DNA of 64,000 bases, taken from the NCBI GenBank assembly GCA_959599095.1, contig CAUGGC010000004.1:38357-102356 (forward strand), given 5' to 3'. The stretch comes from an uncultured Collinsella sp. Lineage in GTDB: Bacteria; Actinomycetota; Coriobacteriia; Coriobacteriales; Coriobacteriaceae. The notes below the pieces were generated by a model that saw nothing but the letters and a program-made list of their open reading frames with translations, had not been told where the DNA came from and ran no database searches. Position numbers and translations under genes: made by a program. Below, piece by piece: positions 9,284 to 18,283 of the stretch (position 1 is its first letter; each line of letters opens with the position of its first letter).

Positions 9284-9985
9284 ATGATCGAGATGAATGC
9301 TGTTGTCGCCGGCACCGAGCTCGACGCGGCGCGCGACGCGGGCCGCGAGGGCGTGTCCGCGGGCTGGTGCGCGTGGAGCGCGGGCGATGCTTCGCTGACG
9401 TTTTCGCTGGTTGTGCGCCCCGATGTGAACATGCATGCCTTCCACGGCCTGCCGTTTGTGGCCGCGATGGGCATGATGGACGCGCTCGTGGGCACGGCAT
9501 CGACGCCGGGGTTGGGCCTTGCCGGTAAGGTGGGTATCCAGTGGCCGAGCGACATTGTGTGCGGCGCGCCCGCATTTGAGACGTCGTTCGCGCGCGTTAC
9601 CGTGAACGGCGGTGCCGGTGCCGCGGGCATGTTCGGTGCCGTGACGGTGGATATTGAGCTTTCGGCGTTGAGCGAGCTCGGTGTGGATGCGGCCGACGAA
9701 GCGCTGGTCGAGGAGTTGGCCGCCGCCGTGCTGACCCGTGTGGACACCTGGGCGGTTGTTGCCAACACGCCGCAGGGCGCTGCCGGTCCGCTGGCTCCCG
9801 TGCTGGGCGAGTACTTCGACATGGTGCCGCTGCTGGGCCGCCAAGTTGCGGCGGTGTCGCCCAACGGCTTGCCGCTTGCGGTCGGTGTGTTTGCGGGCCT
9901 GGACATCTGGGGTCGTGCGACCATCAAGACCGATGCCGGCGAGCAAGAGTTTCCGCCCGAGGCTGTACGAATTCGCGGACTGTAG
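9284..9985 (+). CDS. Degenerate biotin-protein-ligase (BirA)-like protein
   Basis: LTFSLVVRP, QWPSD (for KWPND) and a C-terminal GxFxGLDxxG domain are present; GRGR and KxxG motifs are absent. Confidence 0.7.
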   Translation: MIEMNAVVAGTELDAARDAGREGVSAGWCAWSAGDASLTFSLVVRPDVNMHAFHGLPFVAAMGMMDALVGTASTPGLGLAGKVGIQWPSDIVCGAPAFETSFARVTVNGGAGAAGMFGAVTVDIELSALSELGVDAADEALVEELAAAVLTRVDTWAVVANTPQGAAGPLAPVLGEYFDMVPLLGRQVAAVSPNGLPLAVGVFAGLDIWGRATIKTDAGEQEFPPEAVRIRGL

Positions 9986-10020
9986 CGCGAGGCGCCAGCG
10001 CTCAAAGACAACGATGACAA

Positions 10021-10056
10021 CAAGACCCTCCTCGGCCTGTGCCGGGGAGGGTTTCG
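10021..10056. terminator. Hairpin between convergent genes
   Basis: ACCCTCCTCGGC / GCCGGGGAGGGT stem. Confidence 0.5.
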
Positions 10057-10130
10057 CCTATCTGGGGAATAGGCTTGGCGAGCATTTGCGGGGACTGTGG
10101 CATCGGGCGTGCTTGACTTAAGCCCCTGCT

Positions 10131-10904
10131 CTATCCCAGCTCCTGCATGCGGCGGTAGATTTCGCAGATACCCTTGATGGTGAGCTGTCCGTCGACCACG
10201 TCGAAGGCGTCGGTCGAATCGGCGACGATGCTGGCGAGACCGCCCGTGGCGATAACGGTGGCGTCCTCGCGGCCCAGCTCGCGCTTCATGCGCGCGACTA
10301 GGCCCTCAGCCATTGCGGCGGCGCCCGTTACGGCGCCGACCTTGATGCACTCCTCGGTATCGCGGCCGATGGCGTGCTCGGGCGCCTCGAGCGGAACGCT
10401 GGCGAGCTTGGCGGCTCGGGCGGCGAGCGCGTCCATCGAAATGCGGATGCCCGGCGCAATCGCTCCACCAATGTAATAACCGTCCTCATCGATGACGTCG
10501 ATATTGGTCGCGGTGCCAAAGTCCACCACGATTGCCGGCGCGCCGTAGAAAGTTTCGGCCGCAACGGCGTTAGCGACGCGGTCGGCACCTACGGCCTGGG
10601 GACGCGCCGCGCGCAGCTTGGTCACCGCGGCCGTCTGCGGTCCGATGACGATGGCGTCTGCGGCAATGCGGTCGGCCACGGCGTGCCATTCGCGCGAGAG
10701 CTGCGGCACCACGCCCGCAAAGGCGATCGCGTCGACCGCGTCGAGCGAAAGGCCGTACATCTTAAAGAAACCCATCAGGCGCACATGGATCTCGTCGGCG
10801 GTATAAGAGCGGTCGGTGGGCATGCGCCACGACTGCACCAGCTCGTCTCCGTCAAACAGGCCCATGGCCGTCTGCGTATTTCCCATATCGATAGCGAGCA
10901 GCAT
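10131..10904 (-). CDS. coaX: Type III pantothenate kinase
   Basis: LLAIDMGNT, VGADR, VDFGTAT, GGAIAPG, ATGG motifs. Confidence 0.95.
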   Translation of the reverse strand: MLLAIDMGNTQTAMGLFDGDELVQSWRMPTDRSYTADEIHVRLMGFFKMYGLSLDAVDAIAFAGVVPQLSREWHAVADRIAADAIVIGPQTAAVTKLRAARPQAVGADRVANAVAAETFYGAPAIVVDFGTATNIDVIDEDGYYIGGAIAPGIRISMDALAARAAKLASVPLEAPEHAIGRDTEECIKVGAVTGAAAMAEGLVARMKRELGREDATVIATGGLASIVADSTDAFDVVDGQLTIKGICEIYRRMQELG

Positions 10905-11041
10905 GTCTACTCCCGGTGTTGGCATAAAAGGACGCGCACCATTGTATACGTGCCGTCGACGGCGCTCGGCTGCGATTCGTTTACGGTGATAGGGGCTGAG
11001 GGGTTTTAAATATGAAGGAATTATGCTCTACGAGATTTTCC

Positions 11042-11070
11042 TTGCCGTTTACCGAACTCCCGTGTAATAT
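11042..11070 (+). promoter_or_regulatory. Probable sigma70-type promoter for the tRNA
   Basis: TTGCCG - 17 bp - TAATAT about 30 nt upstream of the tRNA. Confidence 0.6.
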
Positions 11071-11101
11071 TCTTTCTTGCGCACATGAGGCGCCCAGACA
11101 T

Positions 11102-11178
11102 TGCGGGGTGGAGCAGTCTGGTAGCTCGCCGGGCTCATAACCCGGAGGTCGTAGGTTCAAATCCTGCCCCCGCGACCA
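11102..11178 (+). tRNA. tRNA-Met(CAT), initiator type
   Basis: 77-nt cloverleaf, anticodon loop CTCATAA, three consecutive G-C pairs in the anticodon stem, weak U1-G72 pair, GTTCAAATC T-loop, encoded CCA. Confidence 0.96.
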
Positions 11179-11188
11179 AGAACTTGCA

Positions 11189-11217
11189 GCTCGTCGGCCT
11201 AGCCGGCGAGCTTTTTT
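11189..11217 (+). terminator. Intrinsic terminator after the tRNA
   Basis: GCTCGTCGGC-CTA-GCCGGCGAGC followed by TTTTTT. Confidence 0.8.
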
Positions 11218-11267
11218 GTTATTTCGGGACCGTGTTTTCGGTTCAATTCTCGGCCTCTCAATCAAAG

Positions 11268-11485
11268 ATCTCGATCTGTAACATCTAGACCCGATTTGGG
11301 CGGCTAGGTGTTACAGATCGAGATATACCGGTGGGTTGGGTCGTGTTTGTCTAAATCTGTAACACGAGGGACGGATTTTGCCGAGTTGTTGTTATAGATT
11401 GAGATTTTCTAGCAGGCGGGTTTGGTTTGTCTCGATCTGTAACAGTAAGACCCGGTTTTGCCGCGTAACTGTTACAGATTGAGAT
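11268..11485. repeat. Array of three 57-bp palindromic units (family B), period 80-81 bp
   Basis: Arms RTCTCGATCTGTAACA / TGTTACAGATCGAGAY at 11268, 11349, 11429; every loop is exactly 25 nt. Confidence 0.9.
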
Positions 11486-11620
11486 AAACCGGCGGGCCGC
11501 CCTGCCCCATCCACCTGCCGCTACCTGCTGTCCGCCGATTTCCGTTGCGCTGTTGTATTCCCATGCCATATCCTCTAGACAACTACGCGGCATCATCGCG
11601 GCCGCGCCTACAAGAGAGGA

Positions 11621-13657
11621 ATGTCCATGACCGCACCTGCATCCAAGCTGCTTCAGCCCATTACGGTTGGCCCCCTTGAGCTCAAAAACCGCATTATGTT
11701 CCCGCCGTTGACCACCGGCTACGAGGAGCGTGACGGCTCCATTGGCGAGCGCAGCCTGGCTTTTTACGAGCGCTTGGCCCGTGGCGGCGTGAGTTACATC
11801 GTCATCGGCGACGTTGCTCCCGTCATGACCGCAAGCCCCACGCCCAAGCTGGCGACCGACGCCCAAATCCCCACGTTTAAGGCCCTGGCCGATGCCGTCC
11901 ACAAGCACGGCGCCAAGGTCGCGCTGCAGCTGTTCCACCCCGAGTACGACGTGCCCGGTGTCGGCCGCATGGTCATGGGATCCATGGCCGCCGCCAAGGC
12001 CGCGCAGGAGGCCAAGGCCGCCGGCGACGAGGAGACCTTTGCCGCCAAGATGGCCGAGTCCAACGAGATCCGCAACCAGGCCTACGCCAAGCTGCACCAC
12101 GACATGCAGCACTTTGTGAACGAGGCGAGTGTGGAGCAGCTCACCCAGATCAAGGAGGCTATCGCCGCCTCGGCCGCTCGCGCGCAGCAGGCCGGCATCG
12201 ACGCCATCGAGGTCCACGGCGACCGCCTGGTAGGTTCGCTGTGCTCGGCCATCCTCAACCAGCGCACCGACGAGTACGGCGGCTCGTTCGAGAACCGCGT
12301 TCGCTACGCGCTGGAGGTCGTCGCTGCCATTAAGGAAGCCGCGCCGCAGCTGATGGTGGAGTACAAGCTCCCCGTGATCATGGAGAACCCCGACGGCACG
12401 CCGCGCGGCAAGGGTGGCCTGCAGCCCGACGAGGCCTGCGAGTTTGCCAAGCTGCTCGAGGGCGCGGGCATCGATATGATTCAGGTCGCACAGGCCAACC
12501 ACACCGGCAACATGGGCGACACCATTCCGCCCATGGGCGCCATGCCCTACAACTGGACGCTGCCCGTGGCCGAGCGCGTCAAGGCCCTGGTCTCCGTGCC
12601 GGTGGCAACCGTCGGCCGCGTTGTCTCGGTTGAGGCCGGCGAGAAGATTCTGGAAGACGGCTCCGCCGATATCATCGCTTATGGCCGCTCGCTCATGTGC
12701 GACCCCGACATTGCGCTGAAGGCCGCCACGGGCGAGCCCATTCGCGAGTGCCTCAACTGCAATAAGGGCTGTGTCGACGCGATTCAAAACCGCAAGTACA
12801 TCTCGTGCGTGCTTAATGCCGAGAACGGCGACGAGGCGACCATCGCCATCAAGCCGGGCGAGGGCGACAAGAAGATCGCCGTGGTGGGCGGCGGTATTGC
12901 CGGCCTGGAGGCCGCGCGCGTGGCGGCCAAGCGCGGTTACGACGTGACCGTCTACGAGGCGAGCGATCATCTGGGCGGCCAGATTGTGCTGGCGGCCGCG
13001 CCTCCGCGCAAGGACGAGATCATGCGCTCGGTCGAGTACTACGAGAAGATTCTGCCTGGCCTGGGCGTGAAGGTTGAGCTCAACCATGCCGCTACCGCTG
13101 AGGACCTCAACGCCGCCGACGCCGCGATTGTGGCCGTGGGCGCGCACGACGTGGTCATCCCCGTTCCGGGTGCCGACTCGGAGAAGGTCGTCTCGAGCTG
13201 GGACGTGCTGGCCGGCAAGGTGGAGCTTACGGGCCGCGTCGCCGTCATTGGCGGCGGCCTGGTGGGCACCGAGACTGCCGAGTACCTGCTGCAGCACGGC
13301 TGCGAGGTGGCGATCGTGGAGATGCTCGACAAGATTGCCGCGGGCGAGTCCGAGACCATTCTGCCGCTGATTATGAGCGACTTTGCCGAGCACAACGTGG
13401 AGCAGCACGTGAAGACCCGCCTGACCGCCATTACCGACGAGGGCGTGGAGGCTGTTCGCACCACCGAGGACGGCGCCGAGGAGCCGGTGAAGATCGCCTG
13501 CGATTACGTGGTGATGGCCGTGGGCTCCAAGGCCAACGCGTTTGACCTGGATGGCGTGACGGTGCCCGTGACCTGCGTGGGCGACTGCTCGGGTGAGCGC
13601 ACCGCCGACATTGCGAGCGCCATTCGCACGGCGTATCACGCGGCCAACGAGCTGTAG
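11621..13657 (+). CDS. bilR: Three-domain Old Yellow Enzyme flavin oxidoreductase with HGDR motif; bilirubin reductase long form-like
   Basis: TIM barrel (RTDEYGGSFENR) with active-site IEVHGDR, Fe-S motif CLNCNKGC..C, two GxGxxG dinucleotide folds. Confidence 0.78.
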   Translation: MSMTAPASKLLQPITVGPLELKNRIMFPPLTTGYEERDGSIGERSLAFYERLARGGVSYIVIGDVAPVMTASPTPKLATDAQIPTFKALADAVHKHGAKVALQLFHPEYDVPGVGRMVMGSMAAAKAAQEAKAAGDEETFAAKMAESNEIRNQAYAKLHHDMQHFVNEASVEQLTQIKEAIAASAARAQQAGIDAIEVHGDRLVGSLCSAILNQRTDEYGGSFENRVRYALEVVAAIKEAAPQLMVEYKLPVIMENPDGTPRGKGGLQPDEACEFAKLLEGAGIDMIQVAQANHTGNMGDTIPPMGAMPYNWTLPVAERVKALVSVPVATVGRVVSVEAGEKILEDGSADIIAYGRSLMCDPDIALKAATGEPIRECLNCNKGCVDAIQNRKYISCVLNAENGDEATIAIKPGEGDKKIAVVGGGIAGLEAARVAAKRGYDVTVYEASDHLGGQIVLAAAPPRKDEIMRSVEYYEKILPGLGVKVELNHAATAEDLNAADAAIVAVGAHDVVIPVPGADSEKVVSSWDVLAGKVELTGRVAVIGGGLVGTETAEYLLQHGCEVAIVEMLDKIAAGESETILPLIMSDFAEHNVEQHVKTRLTAITDEGVEAVRTTEDGAEEPVKIACDYVVMAVGSKANAFDLDGVTVPVTCVGDCSGERTADIASAIRTAYHAANEL

Positions 13658-13732
13658 TTGAACATCGCGGCCAGGCGGGACGGTGGCACGGATCCGTCTC
13701 GCCCGGCTGTGTCCCGTCGGGTGTCAATCGGT

Positions 13733-13768
13733 GCGGGGCCTGCAAGCGCAGCAGGTCCCGCCCTTTTT
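13733..13768 (+). terminator. Intrinsic terminator after bilR-like gene
   Basis: GCGGGGCCTGC / GCAGGTCCCGC stem followed by a T run. Confidence 0.65.
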
Positions 13769-14106
13769 GTTTTGCTCCGGTGGATGGCAATGCGCGGTAA
13801 TCATGAGGAGTGAGGACGTCTACTGTCTCGCAGATCACTCAAAATTATTGGGGGAGGGGTTAATAACTATATCCTCTATACCAAAGGACATAAAGAGATG
13901 CCAATTTTGTTGACAAGCGAATGACGATTAGCTGCGAGTTGGCTACCAGCGTAAATAATCGATAAAGAAATGTCGTAATTTGGTGCCAAATGCCCAGATA
14001 ACGCCGCGTCTATTTTAATTAACTGCTTTGAGCAAACAGTAAAATGCTACTATCTAACTTGCACGTAAGAAAGCAGATTAACGGTTAAGGCTAAGAAGTG
14101 GCAGGT

Positions 14107-14487
14107 ATGTCGGAAGCAACTAGGACTCGCACGCATGCGCCTGAGGTTAGGCAGCGCGCCGTCGAGATCCTCCAAGAGGGGGTCGGTCATCGCGCCCTCG
14201 CTGCGGAGCTTGGCATTCCCCAGGCCACGGCTCGTCAGTGGGCCCGCGCGTATGCCGTGGGCGGTGCCGACGCCGTTCTCAACGCCGGTTCGCATCATCA
14301 CACCTATTCGTACGACGTAAAGCTCGCTGTGGTTAAGGACCGTCTGGAAAACGGCTTGACGGTTCGCGAGGCCATGATCAAGCACAAGATTCCCAGCGAG
14401 TCTTCGGTCAAGGCTTGGTGCCGTCAGTACCGCGAGAGCGGTGAGTCCGCACTGGTCGATAAGCCGCGCGTTAAAAAGGCGGAATAG
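14107..14487 (+). CDS. Tandem helix-turn-helix protein resembling IS3/IS150 OrfA, without OrfB
   Basis: Two HTH repeats (LAAELGIPQATARQW; YSYDVKLAVV..IPSESSVKAWCRQYRESG..L); own terminator; extended -10 TGcTACTAT at 14045-14053. Confidence 0.75.
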   Translation: MSEATRTRTHAPEVRQRAVEILQEGVGHRALAAELGIPQATARQWARAYAVGGADAVLNAGSHHHTYSYDVKLAVVKDRLENGLTVREAMIKHKIPSESSVKAWCRQYRESGESALVDKPRVKKAE

Positions 14488-14498
14488 CAAACGGGATG

Positions 14499-14523
14499 GT
14501 GCGCCCACAGGGGCGCATTTTTC
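14499..14523 (+). terminator. Intrinsic terminator after HTH gene
   Basis: GTGCGCCC-ACAG-GGGCGCAT followed by a T run. Confidence 0.75.
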
Positions 14524-14773
14524 TTGCCGCGCCAACTTTTTGGACCGGCGCGAGCCTATTGGGACATCCTCCAAAGTGCCCAATAAACCGCGCGCAGTGG
14601 CCCGCGCGTCCGTCGCTGCGGTAAAGGGACGTCACCCCTCTACTCCAATGCGGACAGACTCCTTGCCCCGTACGCCTAAAACTCCCCAGTTGACCGAAAA
14701 CCTGCCACCGCAACCCCGTAATTGAGCTATAACGTTAAACAATTGCAGCGTTTTTGCATGGGGGAGTGATGGT

Positions 14774-17656
14774 ATGACGCTACTGTATTTCCTTACCCTG
14801 TTTCCGCTGGTACCGGCGCTGGGCATGCTGCTCGCGCGCGGTGACCGCACCCGCGATGCGGTGGGGCTCATAGGCTCCGGCATTATTATGGCGGTGACAG
14901 TTGTAGTCGCCGTCATGTTTTTTGGCACGGGTCCGCAGAGCTTTGAGGTTGCCCCCGGCACCTCGCATGTGCTCTCGATCATCAGTTCCGTTATCGACGT
15001 CATCCTGTGCGCCGTCATCCTGTACAACGCGTACAAATATAGGAACGCGCTCACCACGGTGCTCAGCGTAGTCCAGTTGGTGGGCTCGCTCGCCTTTGCA
15101 GCCATGACGCTGCCCGCGACCGAAGCCGTCACCGCAACCCCGCTCTACCTGGACTACATGAGCGTGATCATGGTCCTCGCCGTCGGCATCGTCGGCAGCC
15201 TTATCTGCGTGTATGCCCTGGGCTACATGAAGGACTTCCAGGCCCACGACGAGCACGAGGCTGCGCTGCGCGGGCAGACCGCGCCCGACCGTCGCCCGCA
15301 GTTCCTGGCGCTTATGTTCCTGTTCCTCTCAGCCATGTTCGTCATCGTGACGAGCGACAACCTTGAGTGGCTGTTCTGCGGCTGGGAAATCACCACCGTG
15401 TGCTCGTTCCTTATGATTGGCTACACGCGCACGCCCGAGGCCATCAAGAACGCCTTCACCCAGATCATCCTCAACATGCTGGGCGGTATCGCGTTTTTGG
15501 CCGGACTCATGTACCTGCACGTTAACAGCATGCCGCTGACCATCTCGGGCATGATCGAGCTTTCCGGCGCCGGAACCGCGCAATCTGCGCTGCTGGTGAT
15601 GCCGGTCATTCTGTTGTCGCTCGCCGCGCTCACCAAGGCCGCACAGATGCCGTTCCACACGTGGCTGTTGGGTGCCATGGTTGCCCCCACGCCCACGAGC
15701 GCCCTGCTGCACTCGTCAACCATGGTCAAAGCCGGCGTGTTCCTGATGGTCAAGCTGAGCCCACTCTATGCCATCTATCCCGTGACCGGCTTTATGGTCA
15801 CGAGTGTGGGTGCCATCACGTTTTTGCTCGCTGCCCTCATGGCCATCTCGCAGAGCAACGCCAAACGTGTGCTCGCGTACTCCACCATTTCCAACTTGGG
15901 CCTTATCAGCGCCTGCTTGGGTGTCGGCGCGCCCGAGGCCGTATGGGCCGCCATCTTCCTAATCCTGTTCCACACGGTGGCAAAGTCGCTGCTGTTCCTG
16001 TGCGTGGGCACGGCCGAGCATCATATCGGCAGCCGCAATATCGAGGACATGGACGGTATGTTCAGCCGCATGCCGCACCTGACGCGCCTTATGATGCTGG
16101 GCATCATGGGCATGTTTGTGGCGCCGTTTGGCATGCTCGTGTCCAAGTGGGGCGCCCTGGTGGCGTTTGCGCAGACCGGCAACGTGCTCATGATCATGGT
16201 GCTGGCCTTTGGCTCGGCCGCGACGTTCTATTTTTGGGGCAAGTGGCTTGCCAAGCTTTCGGGCGTCGACCCCACGGCTCAAAACGTCGAGGTCAATGTC
16301 CATAAGACCGAATGGATGGCGCTCAACACCATCGCCGCGCTGCTGATTCTGTGCTGCGTGGCGTTTCCGGTTATCTCGAGCGGTCTGGTATCGCCCTATC
16401 TCGCCATGGTGTTTGGACGCGTGCCGTACGTTATTGGCAAGGACGCCATGTATCTGATGGTGGTTATCGTAGCGTTTATCGCCGTGGTGCTGCTGACGTC
16501 GTTCCGCGTGAGCAATAAGCCGCACGTCAACGTGTACCTTTCGGGCGTGGGAACCGACAAATATCGCCATTTCCGCGGCTCGATGGGACGCGAGGTGAAG
16601 GCCGAAAAGCGCAATTGGTACTCGGAGGACGCCCTTGGCGAGAAGCGTATTGGCCCCGCGGGTAGCGTCGTGTGCTGCAGCATTATCTTGTTTGCGCTGC
16701 TGTGTTGCGCGTGGATTGGGCCCGAGCGGCTTGCCATGAGCGCGCCCTCGGTGTTGCGCGGCAAGTATTTTGAAGGTTCGGGCGTCGTGGGCATCTTTAT
16801 TGGCACCGTGGCGTTTGCCTTGATTGCGCCTTTGGTTGGTGGCCTGATCGACGGCGTTGACCGTAAGCTTTCGGCTCGCATGCAGGGCCGCGTGGGCCCG
16901 CGCCTGCTACAACCCTTCTACGATGTGGCCAAGCTCCTGCGCAAGGCCCCCGCCAGCGTAAACACCATGGACGACACCTACATGGCGTGCGCGCTCATCT
17001 TTACCGTGGTGGGCGGCGGCATCTTTGTGTCGGGCTCCAACACGCTGCTGTGCGCGTTTATGGTTACCCTCGCCGCGATCTTTGTGGTGTTGGCGTCCGC
17101 CTCGACGCAAAGCCCGTTTGCTCAGGTCGGCGCCGACCGCGAGCTGCTGCAGGTCATGAGTTACGAGCCCGCCGTTCTGCTGATGAGTGTGGGCCTGTAC
17201 CTTGCCACCGACAGCTTCGATTCCATTGCTGTGACGGGGCAGTCGGCCCCTATCATCGTGTACAGCGCGCCCATTTTCCTCGCGTTGCTCGCGGTGCTTA
17301 CCATCAAGCTGCGCAAGTCGCCGTTTGACCTTTCGTACTCGCATCATGCGCATCAGGAGATCGTCCAGGGCGTCGCCACCGAGATGAGCGGCGGCACGCT
17401 GGCCAAGATGACCCTTATGCACTGGTGCGAGACCGTGCTGTTTTTGATGTGGGTGGGCATGTTCTTTGTTTGGGACAACCCCGTGAGCTGGGTTGTAGCC
17501 CTGGTCGTGATGGCCGCGACGTATTTTGTCGAGGTCCTGATCGACAACACCTTCGCACGCAGCACCTGGCGCAGCTGCTTTAGGCTCGGATGGGGCGTGG
17601 CGCTGGTGTTTGGCCTGCTCAACCTTATGCCCATCCTCGTCGACGTATTTATTTAG
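14774..17656 (+). CDS. echA: Energy-converting hydrogenase membrane subunit, EchA (antiporter-like) fused to EchB (NuoH-like)
   Basis: PFHTWLLGAMVAPTPTSALLHSSTMVKAG and KRVLAYSTIS (NuoL/MrpA-like), then DRKLSARMQGRVGP..QPFYDVAKLL and KSPFD (NuoH-like) in one ORF. Confidence 0.88.
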   Translation: MTLLYFLTLFPLVPALGMLLARGDRTRDAVGLIGSGIIMAVTVVVAVMFFGTGPQSFEVAPGTSHVLSIISSVIDVILCAVILYNAYKYRNALTTVLSVVQLVGSLAFAAMTLPATEAVTATPLYLDYMSVIMVLAVGIVGSLICVYALGYMKDFQAHDEHEAALRGQTAPDRRPQFLALMFLFLSAMFVIVTSDNLEWLFCGWEITTVCSFLMIGYTRTPEAIKNAFTQIILNMLGGIAFLAGLMYLHVNSMPLTISGMIELSGAGTAQSALLVMPVILLSLAALTKAAQMPFHTWLLGAMVAPTPTSALLHSSTMVKAGVFLMVKLSPLYAIYPVTGFMVTSVGAITFLLAALMAISQSNAKRVLAYSTISNLGLISACLGVGAPEAVWAAIFLILFHTVAKSLLFLCVGTAEHHIGSRNIEDMDGMFSRMPHLTRLMMLGIMGMFVAPFGMLVSKWGALVAFAQTGNVLMIMVLAFGSAATFYFWGKWLAKLSGVDPTAQNVEVNVHKTEWMALNTIAALLILCCVAFPVISSGLVSPYLAMVFGRVPYVIGKDAMYLMVVIVAFIAVVLLTSFRVSNKPHVNVYLSGVGTDKYRHFRGSMGREVKAEKRNWYSEDALGEKRIGPAGSVVCCSIILFALLCCAWIGPERLAMSAPSVLRGKYFEGSGVVGIFIGTVAFALIAPLVGGLIDGVDRKLSARMQGRVGPRLLQPFYDVAKLLRKAPASVNTMDDTYMACALIFTVVGGGIFVSGSNTLLCAFMVTLAAIFVVLASASTQSPFAQVGADRELLQVMSYEPAVLLMSVGLYLATDSFDSIAVTGQSAPIIVYSAPIFLALLAVLTIKLRKSPFDLSYSHHAHQEIVQGVATEMSGGTLAKMTLMHWCETVLFLMWVGMFFVWDNPVSWVVALVVMAATYFVEVLIDNTFARSTWRSCFRLGWGVALVFGLLNLMPILVDVFI

Positions 17657-17668
17657 GAGGCGGCATCC

Positions 17669-18283
17669 ATGGATCATAAAATGTCGCGCTCGCCGTGGGT
17701 TATTCATTACGACGGCTCGAGCTGCAACGGATGCGATATCGAGGTGTTGGCCTCGCTCACGCCGCTGTTCGATGCGGAACGCTTTGGCGTGGTCAACACC
17801 GGCAACCCCAAGCATGCGGACATCTTTTTGGTGACGGGGTCGGTCAATGTCCAGAACCTGCCTGTCGTGCGCCAGATTTACAACCAGATGCTCGAGCCCA
17901 AGTGCGTGGTGGCCTGCGGCATCTGCGCGTGTTCGGGCGGCGTGTTCCGCGATGCCTACAACGTGATCGGCGGCGTGGACCGCGCGATTCCCGTGGACGT
18001 GTACGCGCCCGGGTGCGCCATTCGCCCCGAGACGGTGATCGATGCCATCGTGGAGGCGTGCGGCATCCTGGACCAGAAGGAGGCCGTGATGCGCGCCGGC
18101 GGCGATCCGCTCACCGTGGGCGGCGCCGCTACCTGGGACGGTGGCGTTGAGCTGGGCGAGGACGGGTTTGTGGCTGGGGCTGGGGCCGGCGACGCGCCTG
18201 CCGGGACGCCCGCCGCGTCCGTCGCTGACGACGCACCTGTTGAGACGCCCACCGCGTCCGTCGCTGCAAAGGAGGCCGAGTAA
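17669..18283 (+). CDS. echC: Ech hydrogenase small subunit (NuoB-like)
   Basis: SCNGCDIE, HADIFLVTG, GICACSGG, PGCAIRP. Confidence 0.9.
   Translation: MDHKMSRSPWVIHYDGSSCNGCDIEVLASLTPLFDAERFGVVNTGNPKHADIFLVTGSVNVQNLPVVRQIYNQMLEPKCVVACGICACSGGVFRDAYNVIGGVDRAIPVDVYAPGCAIRPETVIDAIVEACGILDQKEAVMRAGGDPLTVGGAATWDGGVELGEDGFVAGAGAGDAPAGTPAASVADDAPVETPTASVAAKEAE

Noticed and set aside
11268..11485. Possible CRISPR array (regular repeats with fixed-length spacers)
   Set aside because: Repeats alternate in orientation, the spacers are homologous to each other, and no cas genes are present; treated as a REP-like family
11102..14500. Genomic island integrated at tRNA-Met
   Set aside because: No integrase and no duplicated tRNA 3' end seen; the bilR-like gene has host-like codon usage
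14098..14640. Active IS3-family element
   Set aside because: No DDE transposase ORF, terminal inverted repeats or target duplication
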